Shown here piece after piece: positions 36,932 through 50,001 of a stretch of DNA of 64,000 nucleotides; position 1 is the stretch's first letter; the number at the start of each line of letters is the position of its first letter. The translations under genes were made by a program, and so were the position numbers. A model generated the notes under the pieces. That model searched no databases, was not told the origin of the DNA, and was given only the letters and a program-made list of their open reading frames with translations. Source of the stretch: Microthyrium microscopicum (Eukaryota). Location: the NCBI GenBank assembly GCA_010405405.1, contig MU004243.1, positions 739,340 to 803,339 of the forward strand, read 5' to 3'.

Positions 36932-37267
36932 CTACGTGCCTGCCGCCATGATATCATCCGCCGAGCTATCTCCAGTTGGTTTTGGTTGTAGCCTTCGTCG
37001 CTTCTCCAGTAATTGTTCTTTTCGTTCGAGTAATATGCGGTCTTGACGTTTCGACACTCCTTCTAGCCAATATCCGAAGCTGGCTCCCACACTGGCGTAT
37101 AAGGGGTAGACCCAGAGGCGATCGCGTGCGAGGACGGGGACCATTTCAATTCCGAGTTGCCATAGCCGCACTGCAACTCCTATTCTGGTATTAGAGGCAT
37201 GTCTGATGCAAAAAAAGCGCTAGAGCTTACCGAAGCCGCCCCAAAAGAGGACCTTGCCCATAGGCAT
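36932..37267 (-). CDS. NADH:ubiquinone oxidoreductase 14 kDa accessory subunit (NDUFC2/B14.5b-like)
   Basis: MPMGKVLFWGGF, intron 37180-37230, GVAVRLWQLGIEM..WVYPLYASVGASFGYWL..LLEKRRR. Confidence 0.85.
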
Positions 37268-37656
37268 TGTAACGTTGATTGAAGAGACGCGAAGCTCGTG
37301 GTAGTGTCTCAGGAAACTCAAGAGGAGACTTTGAGGCCTGAATGACGCGTTAAAAGGTAATTGAGTGGTTGTTATAGGGGCGGAGTGGAGTGAAGTTGGT
37401 AATAGTATGTATCTCTTGGGCGATTGGTGTGCCTGTATTTGGTATTGCTTTCTCCAGTGGTGCTAGGCCTAATACTGCCTAGCTCGAGTAGCTCTCGGAT
37501 CATTCTCGGCTCAGCTCCCTCGACAATCTAATCTGTCATCTAATCAGCAAACCCCTGTTTAGCTCGTTTGGCTTGTCCATCTTTCGACTCCAAAAGTCGT
37601 GTTGCCAACTTCATCCTTCACGCGCTCCATACATCCTTCCTCTTCACACGTCCAAT

Positions 37657-39674
37657 ATGGCGGTCGCTTCGTCAAAGCAGGGGCGTATGCCTCAGCCCAA
37701 GGTCAAACCCCCGGAGCACCCTGAATTCGTGCGCAAACCTATCAGACTTTCCGACCTCCCCATACCCTCAAGCAAGCGCAAGGAGATTGACCAACTTGTC
37801 ACCACCTTCAAGAAAAAAGGAGACTTTGATAAATTGCGCAAACAAATTTACAATGAATTCGTCAACAGCGTATGCACGTCTCGCCTTATTCTCAATCAAA
37901 TGCTAATTGTATATAGGATGCCCATGCGACAATGCTCAAGCAACTCGAGGAGATGACCACTGCCGAGATCGATCGAGACCCTACACTTCTGGGCAAGAAG
38001 CGCCAGCTGTCTACAGCTCTTATAAATGGCGCTGCAGAGCGAAGCGATATATACAAAACTGCGAAAGCACATGTGGCGTTACTCATGGCCAATTATGCCC
38101 CCACTGCGGCTCTCACTATGCGTGACTTTCGTATTCAACAAGTTGGTGAAGACAAGGCTGCCGAGGAGGCACTGCTCGGTGTAAAGAATGACGAAGATTA
38201 TGTCCGGGAAGCGGCGGAACGAAAGGCGGAACGTGCTCAAGTTCGAGAGGAAGCGAAGGAGGTTATAAGACGGAAAGAACACGAGGCAAAGAAAAAAGCG
38301 GATGAAGAGAGACGTCGCCGTCGGAAAGAAGAGGAGGATCGCGAACGTGAGCGTGAAGAGATTGATGCTCAACGTAGACGGGAACGCGAAGCAGAGTATG
38401 AGCGAGAGCGAGAGGAACGCCAACGCCGGTTTGAGCAACATGATAGGTACCGTGGCCGTCCGGATGATCGTTATCGGGACCATCGTGATAGAGACCGAGA
38501 TCATGGCCGAGACCGTGATCGAGCTCGAAGCAAATCACCAGCACGACGGGATCATCGATCAAGTGTAGAACCAGATTCGCGGGCTGCTCCTATTCTTGCC
38601 ACGGATAAGGATCTGGAGGAGGCTGCACTGGAAGAGCTTCTTAGGGAAGGCCAAATGGCAGCTAAATCTCGACAACGCCCAGAATTGGAGAAAGATGTAG
38701 GACTGGAACCCCCACCACGCAAGGCACAACCTCCAAAATCCATCGTACCTCGAGATCCTACTGCAGCTCGACTTGCGAAACTGGAGGACAAAGCATCACC
38801 ACTGGCAAGTGGCTCTCACTCTCCTGCAGTCAAGGTTGTTGAAGACAAGTCTATGGCCGATGTTCCTTCAGGATCTATCAGTCGTCGTGAATCTATACCT
38901 GTTGACGAGATCAAGGAATCTCACCGTCCATTCCGCGACTCCGATCGCCGCTCCAGCCGATTCGAGTCGGGCCGGCCTGAGTCTGACCGCTATGTTCCAG
39001 GAGCATCATCGCGCTCAAATGCTAATGACCGCCGCCGCCGACGTAGCCCTTCAGCTCGAAGTCGCAGCCGCTCTCGAGACAATGCCAAACGAGCCCGCAC
39101 ATCTCGTCGTGAGTCTAGAAGTCCTTCACGGCAACGCGAGCGCCGAGAACGTAGCCGTGATACAGCTGCCCGCCGCCGCTCTCGTGATCGTTCACCATCG
39201 GGTATCGATCGATACATGCCTCCCAGTCGACTCAATGGCGCCAAGAAGGATGAGAAACCAGAGCCTGAGCGTGAGCGCTCTAAAGATCGCACTGATACTC
39301 GTGACAGAGGTCGTGATAGGGATCGCGATCGCTCTCGCGACCGCGGTGATCGTGGAGACCGTGTTGACCGTGACAGAGGCACTCGGCAATATGAGCGCTA
39401 TCGCCCTGATCGGTCTGATCGCTCAGAACGCCCGTCACGCACTGATCCGATCGACCGGTACATGCCGCCAACATCTTCGCGTCGAGACGATAAGTCTGAA
39501 CGCGACGACCGTGATCGATCTCCCAAGCGGGACCGTGAGCGCGATAGAGACTCATCCCGCACTCGATATCGCGACCGCCGAGCCAGATCGAGATCCCCAG
39601 ACCGCCGAGATCGCAGCCATCGAGAACGTTCACGAGAGCGACGAGATAGTGACCGAAGACGCGAGCGCGACTAG
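37657..39674 (+). CDS. Shg1/BOD1-domain (COMPASS-associated) protein with long RD/RS-rich tail
   Basis: FKKKGDFDKLRKQIYNEF motif; intron 37870-37916; RD/RS repeats. Divergent from the complex I gene. Confidence 0.8.
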
Positions 39675-40748
39675 AAGTCATCCTCCGTTCCTCCCAAGCA
39701 AGAATTGCACACTATCGTTGAGCCGGACCAGCTCTCCTTGCCTCAAGGCCAAGGTGGGACGTATGTGCCTCATCATTCACGCACTTCTCAGAAGCAGTCT
39801 GCTCACCTGCCTCTACAGAGTCGGTTGAAAGTTAAGCAGCTTTCAACCCAACCTTCGGAGCAGGTTCACCCGCCGGATAGTCCATTAGACTACGATACTC
39901 CTAAATCGCCGCCAAGAACTAGTCCTCTTCTGGTGCCCTCAGATGGCCAATTCGATAGCGAACCATGTCCTAAGAGAATTCGCACCGAGATTGAGCGTTA
40001 TGTTGTTGGTCGCAAGCATATCTCATATGCTGAAGTAAGCTCTTTCAGTCCCAGCACTTTGCCTGAGACTAAAAGCTCTCAGCGGCCATCCTCTCGATCA
40101 GACACTAGAATCAAAAACCCCAGCTGGATCCGTCCAGGTTATGTGCCAGAGCTCTCGCTTCCCGCCCGTCCCAGAAAACGCCCGGCCAAACTGCCAGTCC
40201 GTTCGCTTCGGAAGTGAGCAGACTATGTTGCCAATATATGCGGTTTGTTTAAGTTACATGTTCTTGTATCAGGGAAAGCGTTGTCGGAAAGTGTGTATTT
40301 TTTGCATTGGCGATGGTGCTGGGTTAAATGAATGAACTTGTATACCACATTGATGTCCCACATTCGTGTATGATGGGCAATTCTATGGTTCGATTTGTAT
40401 CAGTAGAAGAATGAGATGTTGGAAGTTGGAGCGCTGGATGGATTAGATATCAATCCTAGTCTTTCGATCAAGGTCGTGGGGCCTCGTTGATGATGTAAAA
40501 TTAGGACACGGATTTCACTTGGTAGCGACGCACCAATCACTCGCCTGTCCATATATTAAGCAGCATGGAAGTCTGACCAGGTTTTTCCTTCGTGCTGCAG
40601 GACATCTGCACAGCCTCCCCGCTTCCTTTTTCGATGCAGTATGCGGCCTCATTTCTTCGACTCATGTTGGAGTATTAGGAGGCTCTTGCCTTAGGTATCA
40701 ACTCTGTCTTGTGCATTACTCACGCAACACTACAGAATTTCAGCAACG

Positions 40749-42824
40749 ATGCGATTGTTACACACGACAAATCTTCGCGTCCAGGAGTTTGTTGATGCTG
40801 ATATCCCATCATATGCCATCTTGTCGCACACTTGGGGAGAAGAAGAGGTATGATTCTCAGCACTTCATGGCTATCAAGCGGTGACAATGTACATGTCATG
40901 CTTATTTATGTCCTCAATTTGTACTGACTTTCAGCTAGATTTCACTTCAAGATATACAGTCTGGCTCCTTCAGTAAGCGCAAAAGCTTTCCCAAACTACA
41001 AGGTGCGTGTCAACGAGCAGTTCAAGATAGTTTGGAATGGATCTGGATCGACACCTGTACCATCGACAAGACAAGCTCCGCGGACTTAAGCGAAGCAATC
41101 AATTCCATGTATACATACTATGCCGAGTCCAAAATTTGCTATGCTCATCTTGCTGATATTGACGGTAACACTATTCCCTACCATTATGACACCGAGAACT
41201 ATCTGAAGACAAGCCGTTGGTTTACCCGTGGTTGGACCCTTCAAGAGTTGATTGCCCCGCGAGATTTAATCTTTTTCGACCAGAAATGGGTTGAATTGGA
41301 AAGGAGATGGGGTCTTTCTAGAATTCTCACAAAAATCACGGGTATTCCTGAAAAAGTACTATGTGGAGAATCACCGTTTCAGTGTAATGTAGCTCAGAGA
41401 ATGTCGTGGGCAGCGAATCGAGTAACCACGCGCAAGGAGGATGTGGCTTATTGTCTAATGGGACTTTTTGAAGTGAGCATGGTAAGTTCTCCACCGAAAA
41501 TTCTGGATGTTGCTACCTTCCGGTTCTGTCGTAGAGCAATATGTGCTGCTGCGCTGAAGACAGCATTTGGTCTTATCACACGCATTCGCTTAGTAACAAA
41601 GTTTTGTACTCTTATACTAACCACCATCAGCCACCACTATACGGTGAAGGTGCTGAAGAAGCATTCTTAAGACTTCAAGAAGAAATCTTGAAGCGCAGTG
41701 CTGATCAGACTATTTTCTTATGGACTGCAGCACATGAACCTCTCAATTCAGGACTATTGGCATCGTCTCCTCAGGCATTCTGTTCGCACCCCAAATGTTT
41801 CCGATGGGCGTATGAGCCATTTGGAATTATGGATGACCGGGACTTCTATTCCGACTTGCGGCCGCTCTCTTTTTGGCCTGTTGGAGTTTTTATCGGCCCG
41901 GACTACCAACTGGCGGAGACAGTACCCACTGCACGATTACAAGCACCTTTGTTAGCCGGCATTGGGTCTCATGGCCTCCAGATGTCCCTCCTCGCCCAGA
42001 TCGTCTCCAGTCATGCCGAGGAGTCAGTACATACGTCAACTACAGTCTGTCTCGACGTGGTTTTCCAAACCGAGGCTTTTGGTGGTGTCTTCACTCGTCT
42101 CAGGTACGAAGTCAAGCGCCGAATTTTTATCAAGCTCGAACCAGAAGCTAGCATTGGCCGTAAAGAACTCCGCCTGAACAGACTAGGCGACCTCAGACGA
42201 TACTCTCACGTGCAACCTCAGTCAAACTATTTCCTTGATCTACAATCGGTTCGCTTTCATCGCCAGATTCTCTATCTATCCCAAACTCGGGTTGTGCAAC
42301 GCGGTAACTTCGCTTGTTTCCGTCTCCGGTACCAGCTGTATGAGTTCACTGTACATAACTCGTATCTCATTGGTAGAAATGATCAGACACAAACTCAAAC
42401 TCATGGCCTGCATTCCATCCTACCCGATCGTATTTTCTGTACGTCTGGTGGCCTCATTTACTTCTCTCATCGCTGTGATGAATGCAGCGATAATCGAGTT
42501 TTGGTGCTCGCATTTGGCACTCACCGCTCGAAAATCAATCATGATGCGTGGTGCACGATCAAGTTAGGGGCTGGGGTTGCTGATGACCTGAGGCCAAACG
42601 CCAACTTAGACCAGCAGTATATGCAAATGGAGATGTTGAGTGGGCGATATACTGGAATAGCCGAATATTCATTTCCTGGCTGTCGCCGGCGACTGCGAGT
42701 TGACGTAGTACTTATGAAGCGCACTGGGTATGACATATGTATTGATTATTGGCCGGATGACATCTTGTCATGTGTATCAAAGGATTCGATGAACCTTGAG
42801 TTCTTGCGAAGCCGAGACCAATGA
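40749..42824 (+). CDS. HET-domain protein (HET-E N-terminal type)
   Basis: MRLLHT..YAILSHTWGEEE, WIDTCTIDKTSSADLSEAINSM, WFTRGWTLQELIAP, RMSWAA.R.TTR.ED.AYCL, PLYGEG; introns 40848-40938 and 41482-41630. Confidence 0.92.
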
Positions 42825-43048
42825 TGACGAGAACAGAGAATACATTTCAGAGTGCTGTCCATGATTGAGACAATGAAAAGTCCGCCAGTCATTAGCTTTT
42901 TACATTGAGTGATTCACTGAGCATGAACTGCGCATTTTGGTCTATGCTCATTTATTACGATGGACGATCTGGCTTATGTTGCTTATAATAATGATAACCA
43001 CGGGTCATGATGAAGCAGTGGTGTTCATCTGACCCCTCCATAGCGAAA

Positions 43049-43649
43049 TCATGATAGAAAAGAATCGCGATTGCCAGCTTGTTGCCATTCCTGCCATTCC
43101 TGCACTCCTCCATCCAAGTCAGTGGCGTGCCACAGACCCAGTCTCTGCAACTCTCTGGCCGCAAGCGAACTCGTATATCCCTGCGAGCATACAACCACAA
43201 TTCTGGTTCTGTATTCATATGGGTCGATCTGGTACCTGTCAGCGAACAAGTCATTGAGAGATGAGAGCCAAAAGGCTGCTGGAGCTATCGCGAATAGAAA
43301 TTTGCCTTCAAGTGGACAGCACAGGAATCCAACTTACAATTTCTTGGGCTCTTGAATCACTCAGGGGATCCAGACGCCATTCTAGCACGTTGCGTTCAAT
43401 GACATGGATTTTGTGACCCTTGGGATGATCGCCGTCGATGTTGAATTTGAACGCGCCTTCACTCTGTCTCTGGGCTTCGGGGCGGATGTCGATGACATGG
43501 ATAGGTCCTAGTGTAAAGTCGGAATCCGGTGAATCGAGTATTGCCTGGAGTTCATACACTTTCATTCGGAAGATGTGTTTGCGGGCTTCCTCGAGGATTT
43601 GATCTATGCTTGCGGATCCTGGGGGCGGGTACAACACTCGGGAGGACAT
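43049..43649 (-). CDS. Single-domain rhodanese-like protein
   Basis: DIRPEAQR, IERNVLEWRLDP, VVCSQGYTSSLAA..L..LG..ATDLDGG; intron 43229-43337. Confidence 0.85.
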
Positions 43650-44020
43650 TGCGGGCGTTGGTGCGCAAATGCAGATATTGACGGAAATTGTGCAACTGGC
43701 TTTGTTTAGGCTTTTGGGATGAGGGGAGGTTTTTATTTTGGGTAAACAGATGTAGTTGAGCGACCCTGAAACAAGGGGAGGGAAGGGGCAAATCCGATGA
43801 CGGAAATGCTTCATTGAGTGATGTGCTTGCCATTTTCTTACCTCCTTCTTGCCCAGATCACAATGCTGCAATTTCCTAGGACCGTCACAGCCGCAGTCCA
43901 CTATCGGATTTTAATAGTCTTAACAGTTACAGTCGTTTGGTGCAGTTGCCGTGAGCACTCATTTAATACTATGTTTCTACTAGTACTCGAAATGCAAGCA
44001 GTGCTAAATCTACTATCCAA

Positions 44021-46000
44021 TCAATGGAACTCATTCTTCTCCTTGTTTACATCATTCTCCAGGTACACGTTGATTTCCGAATTCATCTTCTTGCTCGCAT
44101 CTGTTGTCAGGAGACACAGGATCAACCCCAGACCGCCCCAAGCGAGTGATGAGAGAATCATAATCTTCAAACCATGCGCATAGCTCCACTGGAAAGCAGT
44201 CGACGCCGCCGCAATTATATTGGCGTTTACGCCTGGAACAGCTGCGATTGCCTTGGCACCTAGTGGGAAGGCAGCAAGCAGTTTGGCGGCATTCTCAGAT
44301 GAGAGACCAGCAGCAATTGCTGCAGCTGGAAGCGTTTGAGCGGCACGCTTTGATTGCGCGTTGGTCAGAATCGTAGTGTAAATTGCTTGAGCAATTGAAC
44401 CACCTGCGAAACGGGAGGCACCGGCCAACCCGCCCGATGTTCCCAGATCGTGCTGATGGACACCAAGCTGAGTAAACATGACGGATTCATACTGAGCCCA
44501 TCCGAAAAATGTCTGCTGGAGGAAGGTGAGTGCGATCATGAGGCCTCTGTTGTATGGTGTGACGAGAGCCATGAGAGAGCCGAAAACCATCATTCCGGTC
44601 CAGGCTACGGTGAGAGTTGTTCGCCAGCGCTTGATGACAGCCCCGAAACTGATCAAAAGCATCGAGCCGAAGACCTGGAGAAATTAGCACTTGCGAATGT
44701 ATGATTTCGACATCAGACTTACCAATCCAAGATTTGGTGGGAGAGTAAGAAGTAGTACTTCAGATCGGCTTGTAGTAGGTGTGATGTAGAAGACAGATAC
44801 CATGGTTGGATACGCAATGTTGATGACTGGTAATTTTGTTAGTCAAGTCAAGGTAGGATCAACTGTCTGATACTTACAATAGTAGTACATGGTGACAATG
44901 AAGGCCAAAATGAACGGTGCGGTAAATTCTCGGCCATAGTTGACGCGGAATATCTCTGGAGGGCATAGCTTATACTTGACGTTGGAAAGGGTTTCCCAAA
45001 CGCCGAAGATGGCAACTAATCCTAAGCCAACAGCAAGAGGAGCGACAACCTTGACATCGGAGCTCTTCAAGAACGTGGTGTTGATGATGCCGACAAGAGA
45101 GATACATGTACCGGACACGATGAGGAAGGCTCCGACATAGTCGAGGCCACGAAGACCTTCGCCCCATGGCACACCTTTGGGATGCTTGGGTGGAAAGTAG
45201 AAACAGGCAATGCCAGCAAGTGAGACAAACTGGGCGCCAAATCCAGCGTAGTAGATGGCTCTCCATGCACCCTCTCCAGCATCGTTGGCATAACGTCCAA
45301 CAACAGGACCAATGACAACGATGAGGAAGACGAAGCCGTCCGAGATCGTGATTCCGATATGGCGATATTTGTTGGGCATCAGCTCAGGTATAGAACACAT
45401 GCTCACTAAAGCCGGTTAGTACGACACCAAGTGAATTGATCGCCTCGACTAACTTTGACAGAAACCTGCACCGAACCCAGTAATAGCAAGACCGGCAGTA
45501 CTGGAAAATGGTTAGCATATCGTTTTATGTGGTGAAGAGAACACGGTACAATTGAGTTGGACCTTTAGCAGTTCCGATAACCAAGAATCCAACACAGCAC
45601 ATAGCGTTACCGAACAGTAGGAACAATCTACGACCAAAAAGATCGCTATGTGATCCAGCAAGAAGAAACCCGAGGGCGCAAGCAGTAGTGAAAGCAGGAA
45701 CTGAGCACGAAATTAGCCAAATATCATGCGGTGAAAGAGCTCAAACTTACTAAACCAGTATGTCGCGTTTGGAGCCGCCCATTCAGCGCCGAGAGTACTT
45801 TGCATAGCAGCAGTAGTAGGAACAGGCCAAAATGATAGACCGAAGGTTGAGCTTAGTATGAAGATAACGAACCACGTCTTTGCGGTCATCTTTGCATCTC
45901 CAGCACTGAGCGAGTGCTCTTGTGGAGTGCTAACAGGAGTTTCCTCATGATGGGTCACAGCACCTTTCTCAATTTCTGGAACACCCGTTTCTACTGCCAT
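44021..46000 (-). CDS. MFS transporter, fungal trichothecene efflux (TRI12)-like family
   Basis: Multi-exon hydrophobic protein; SDLFGRR, WRAIYY, YFPP..P, LDYVG, GGSIAQAIY. Confidence 0.85.
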
Positions 46001-46517
46001 GATGAAGTTGGCAATTGAGTAAGATGGAACAATTGCAAACTTCGAAGCTAATGAATATATTATGTAGATCTTTCACAGCTATTTGTACATTTGAGATTCA
46101 TACCATCCAGCCTCCCTCGGACTTTCTAGCCCATCGCCACCATGCTGGTAATTTGTCTAGGAAACCGAACTAGTGTTCTTCAAATGACCGGGATAGTTCG
46201 TACATTTGCCTGGGGTAAACTACTGTAGTTCGTGGAGAAGCTTGCATCTCTTTGTCTGGGGAAAAGACTAGCTCAGAAGTCGGGTTTGATTATCCACCAC
46301 CACAACCAGTCAACCACCATGAACATCGCCAACGAATGCGATTCATATTCTAACTGGTTTTTTATTGATTCTAGCGATCGAAGTTCCAAGTCTTAAACTA
46401 ATCTTCATTCTCACTTTGCTAGACAAGCTCACGTACGGACTCACGCGCCATCCTTTCCGCCAAATCTAGGCCTTGCGGAGCACAACCCGCAGACATGCAG
46501 ATCTTGGATTATCTCTA

Positions 46518-47228
46518 TCAATGAAACTGAATACCATCACTGCCACCTTCGCTAGGAACTGCTTTCCCGTAGATCAGATTGTCCATGCCAGCCATTACTT
46601 TGATTGTGGATCCCATGAAGTTCTTGCAGTCGGGTCCAAGAGCCTTTGCATATTCAGGAGACTAGACGATATCAGTAATAGTGTCTTTGAAATTCAACAA
46701 CCGATCAACCCACTCACGTTTAAGAATCTCTCCCTGGGCTTTGTTAGTATCTCAATTTCGGCATCGGACAAGGTGAGTTAAGTGGATCTCAAAACATACC
46801 ACGAATCCCAGTCTTTAACCCATATTTCGGAGCATCCATCAACATCCATAAGATCCATGCCCATGGACTTTACTTTCTCTTTTGACTCCTGGGTTTGATG
46901 GAACTAGTCCTTTGTAAGCTGACCGCTATGCACCGGGCTTTGAGAAGGGAGGTTGGATCACCTGTACATAACGCCGAAGATCATTCACGCGAAAGTCTTT
47001 GCTTGCGACTGTCAAATCAGCGTGAACAGTCTCCCAGTGTCTGTGGAACTGTAAATCCGTCAACATCTTTGTACCAAACTTCCACTCATCGAAACCAACC
47101 TGTTCATCAGAGATATTGGAACCTTTCGAAAAGAAGAATGTCAATTTGACGTATGGCTGGTAGTTTGGTTTTGCGTCGTATGACAATTGCTCATTGCCAA
47201 ATCTGTGGTCTAGCTTCGTGAGGGTCAT
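46518..47228 (-). CDS. EthD-like dimeric alpha-beta barrel protein
   Basis: Spliced with four introns (incl. 16-nt exon 46718-46733): KLTFFFSK..SDEQFHRHWETVHA..RRYVQFHQ..DGCSEIWVKDWDSWERFLNSPEY..L.PD..NF. Confidence 0.75.
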
Positions 47229-47743
47229 AATTTCGGTACGGGTAATGTAGACTTGAACTTCAAAGAATTTGAGTGGTATGGTGTATTGAACAATCTGTGG
47301 GGGAAAATTCGTGGATTGAAATGTTGTCTACGTAGGTACGTATCTATTGCGAGGCATTACTCGATAGTTATAATTTCTACATATCCCATGCAGATACTGT
47401 ACCTTCAAGTTTGATTGATCTGGTGTCTGAGTACCGCTTCAAGCGGGCAGGTTTTGGATTGCTATGTCGTCTCTTCGATAATCTACCCCGGAAACCAAAC
47501 TCCACATTTCGCCACGGGCACTATTTGTAGCGTGGTGCGGAGTTGGGGATTTAGGGTGGAGCTATCTGAAAATGCGGAGTAGACGCTAACAGGTGGATGA
47601 CCGATTTGTCGGCGCTGCAATGGCATTGTGAGGCGCAAGTCATGGGGACATGTAATGGTGAGGAAGAGTAGCAGACTAAAATTCGCATCACTTGATGATA
47701 TGTGGATGTCGAGTAAATTGGACATTTCTATGGACGAAAATCT

Positions 47744-47771
47744 AGTTCAAAGTTCAAAGTTCAAAGTTCAA
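47744..47771 (+). repeat. Short tandem repeat (AGTTCAA)x4
   Basis: agttcaaagttcaaagttcaaagttcaa just downstream of the ADH stop. Confidence 0.7.
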
Positions 47772-47780
47772 TCTAAGGCT

Positions 47781-48937
47781 CTATTCGAATGCAACAACCA
47801 TCCTCTTGGTGGCTTTGCCTGCCTGCATCTCAGCAATCATATCAGAAATCTCATCTAACTTTCTGAACTCGACTTCGGGAAGAATGTTGTGTTTGATCGT
47901 GAAATCCACGGCCTTTTGCATACGTGAGGGAATCGATGTCGACTCCCCCTTGACGCGAATGGTACCACAGCAAAGATCGATTACAGGAATTGAAATTGGG
48001 TCCTTCGGTAGTCCAACGCACATCAATAGGCCGCCAACTCGAAGAACAGATGGCGCTGAAGCATATGCAGCGTTGGCATCAGAGAAGACTGCAACGGCGT
48101 GAGCTCCTCCACCAGTGAGCTTCTTGAGTTCTTCGACATAGTTGGCATTTGAGCGAGAATTAAAGACGGCATCGCCTCCTTGCTTCTTGAAAACATCCAG
48201 TGTCGCGTCGTTGATATCAATTCCAACCACTTTGAATCCCATTGCTTTTGCATATTGTGCTGCCAATTGTCCAAGACCTCCGCAACCAACGACTGCGAAC
48301 CAGTCACCTTCTTTAAGTTCGCAAGAATCCACGGCATGGTACGCTGTACGCTAGATCAATTATCAATCTTTGACCGGTTTGGATGGACTGACCTGTAATT
48401 CCAGCGCAGAAAATAGGAGAGTATTTATTGAGCTGTATGGAATCCGGCAAATGAGCCAAATTCTGCCAGTCAACTAACGTATATTCCCCAAAGAACCCGT
48501 CGGCTGACATGCCCATAAGCTTCCAATCCGCAGAGCAATGTAATTGATGGATCTTGCAGCCATCGCATTTGTAACAGTTTCCGTTGAAGTATAGAGCGCC
48601 GACTTTATCGCCAACTTTAAAGCCTTTGCCCTCGGCAGACGGATGGATTTTATCTATGATGCCCACGCCTTCATGACTGCCACATTGTTAGTCAGGCTCG
48701 AGCTGAGTTTAGTTCCACGTTACCCTAGGGTGAAAAGTCCATCCGGGCGCAGATTTTGCATCAAGTCTGAGTGGCATAGCGAAGCGCCCACAACTTTCAT
48801 CAAGACTTGACCGGGTCCTGGCTCAGGGATTGGAATATCGTGTACCACGACCTTCTGATGAGCCTTTGCTTTCTTAGCCCATCGTTCTCGGGGTCTTTGA
48901 AATGAGAGCTTACCTTGTCCCATTGAGCAGCACGCAT
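47781..48937 (-). CDS. Zinc-dependent (MDR) alcohol dehydrogenase
   Basis: MRAAQWDK first exon; SLCHSD, GHEG, CYKCDGC..HC, CAGIT, GCGGLGQ; three introns. Confidence 0.9.
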
Positions 48938-50001
48938 TTTGAGTGGTTGTTCTAGTGAAAGATGAAATCGCCGCTATTTGTTGTGTGTCTTCGTAAAGAT
49001 ATTTTCACAGAGCAGGTAAAAATAATAACGTTGTCTTAAAGAAGGTGTCTTCCATTTTCAAGAAGTTTTTTAATGAAGTTTTCCATTGCTTCTCTGTCAC
49101 AAGCTCGAGTGGATACCCTCTGCCATCATTAACCAATTCCATGGTCTTGTTGCTGATGGACGGATAATGACGACCGCGATTGAAACCGCCATAATGGAAA
49201 AAGTCCGACTCTCTTTGAATCGTTAAATGTAAACCCAGCGCTATCATACAGCATGAATATTATATCCACTCCTAACTCAGATAGAACCGGGCGGATTTAA
49301 GTCATATCCGACTTTGATTACTATTTTGTTCTAGTCTCAAAAAATGCGGCTCATTCTCTCCGGAATCAATAATTGCTATTGTACACCACCAAACACGGCA
49401 ATGAAATTGTATGCTAGAAACTTATTTTTCAAACTGCGCTCCAGAGTATTTATTGAGTTTTTATGTTTCGTTTGATCTATTACACTTGAAAGGATCTGCG
49501 TGCCGTCTAGTACTGTACAGCGTCGGGAGTTCTTCATCAATGAGACATCACTTGAGCCATCTTGAAATAGGTACACGTCAAATTTATCTTTTGCTAAAAG
49601 AAATTCACCATCAATATACTTTCAAATATTATCCCTCATTTCGCCCGAAAACGTTTCTGGCAATGTGTCCGCCTGACATTAGAAGGAATTAGGAAGGACG
49701 AATTGCTCTGACGACTGCATCGCATTGCACCTGCCCAAACTGTCCATTCTATTGATCAAAATGGCAATGTCGAGGGGAATAAATCGCTATCACTCTGAGC
49801 TATCGTTTGAGGAATTCATTCGAGGTCACTTCTCAAGGTGTGAAGTTGATGTGTAACGCGACCAGATTGGCCTCGACATCGCGAGTCGTGACCTGTCTTC
49901 AACAATAGTAACTTCATCCCCCTCACATCAAGACACGTAAACCGTTGGCATAAGATTCAAGCCCTCGCAGATTCTGACAAGAACTGTCCTACTACTATAC
50001 A

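Noticed and set aside
38773..39828. 351-aa alternative-frame ORF and antisense ORFs over the RD/RS-rich gene
   Set aside because: Expected by-product of low-complexity CGN/GAY codon repeats; no independent motifs.
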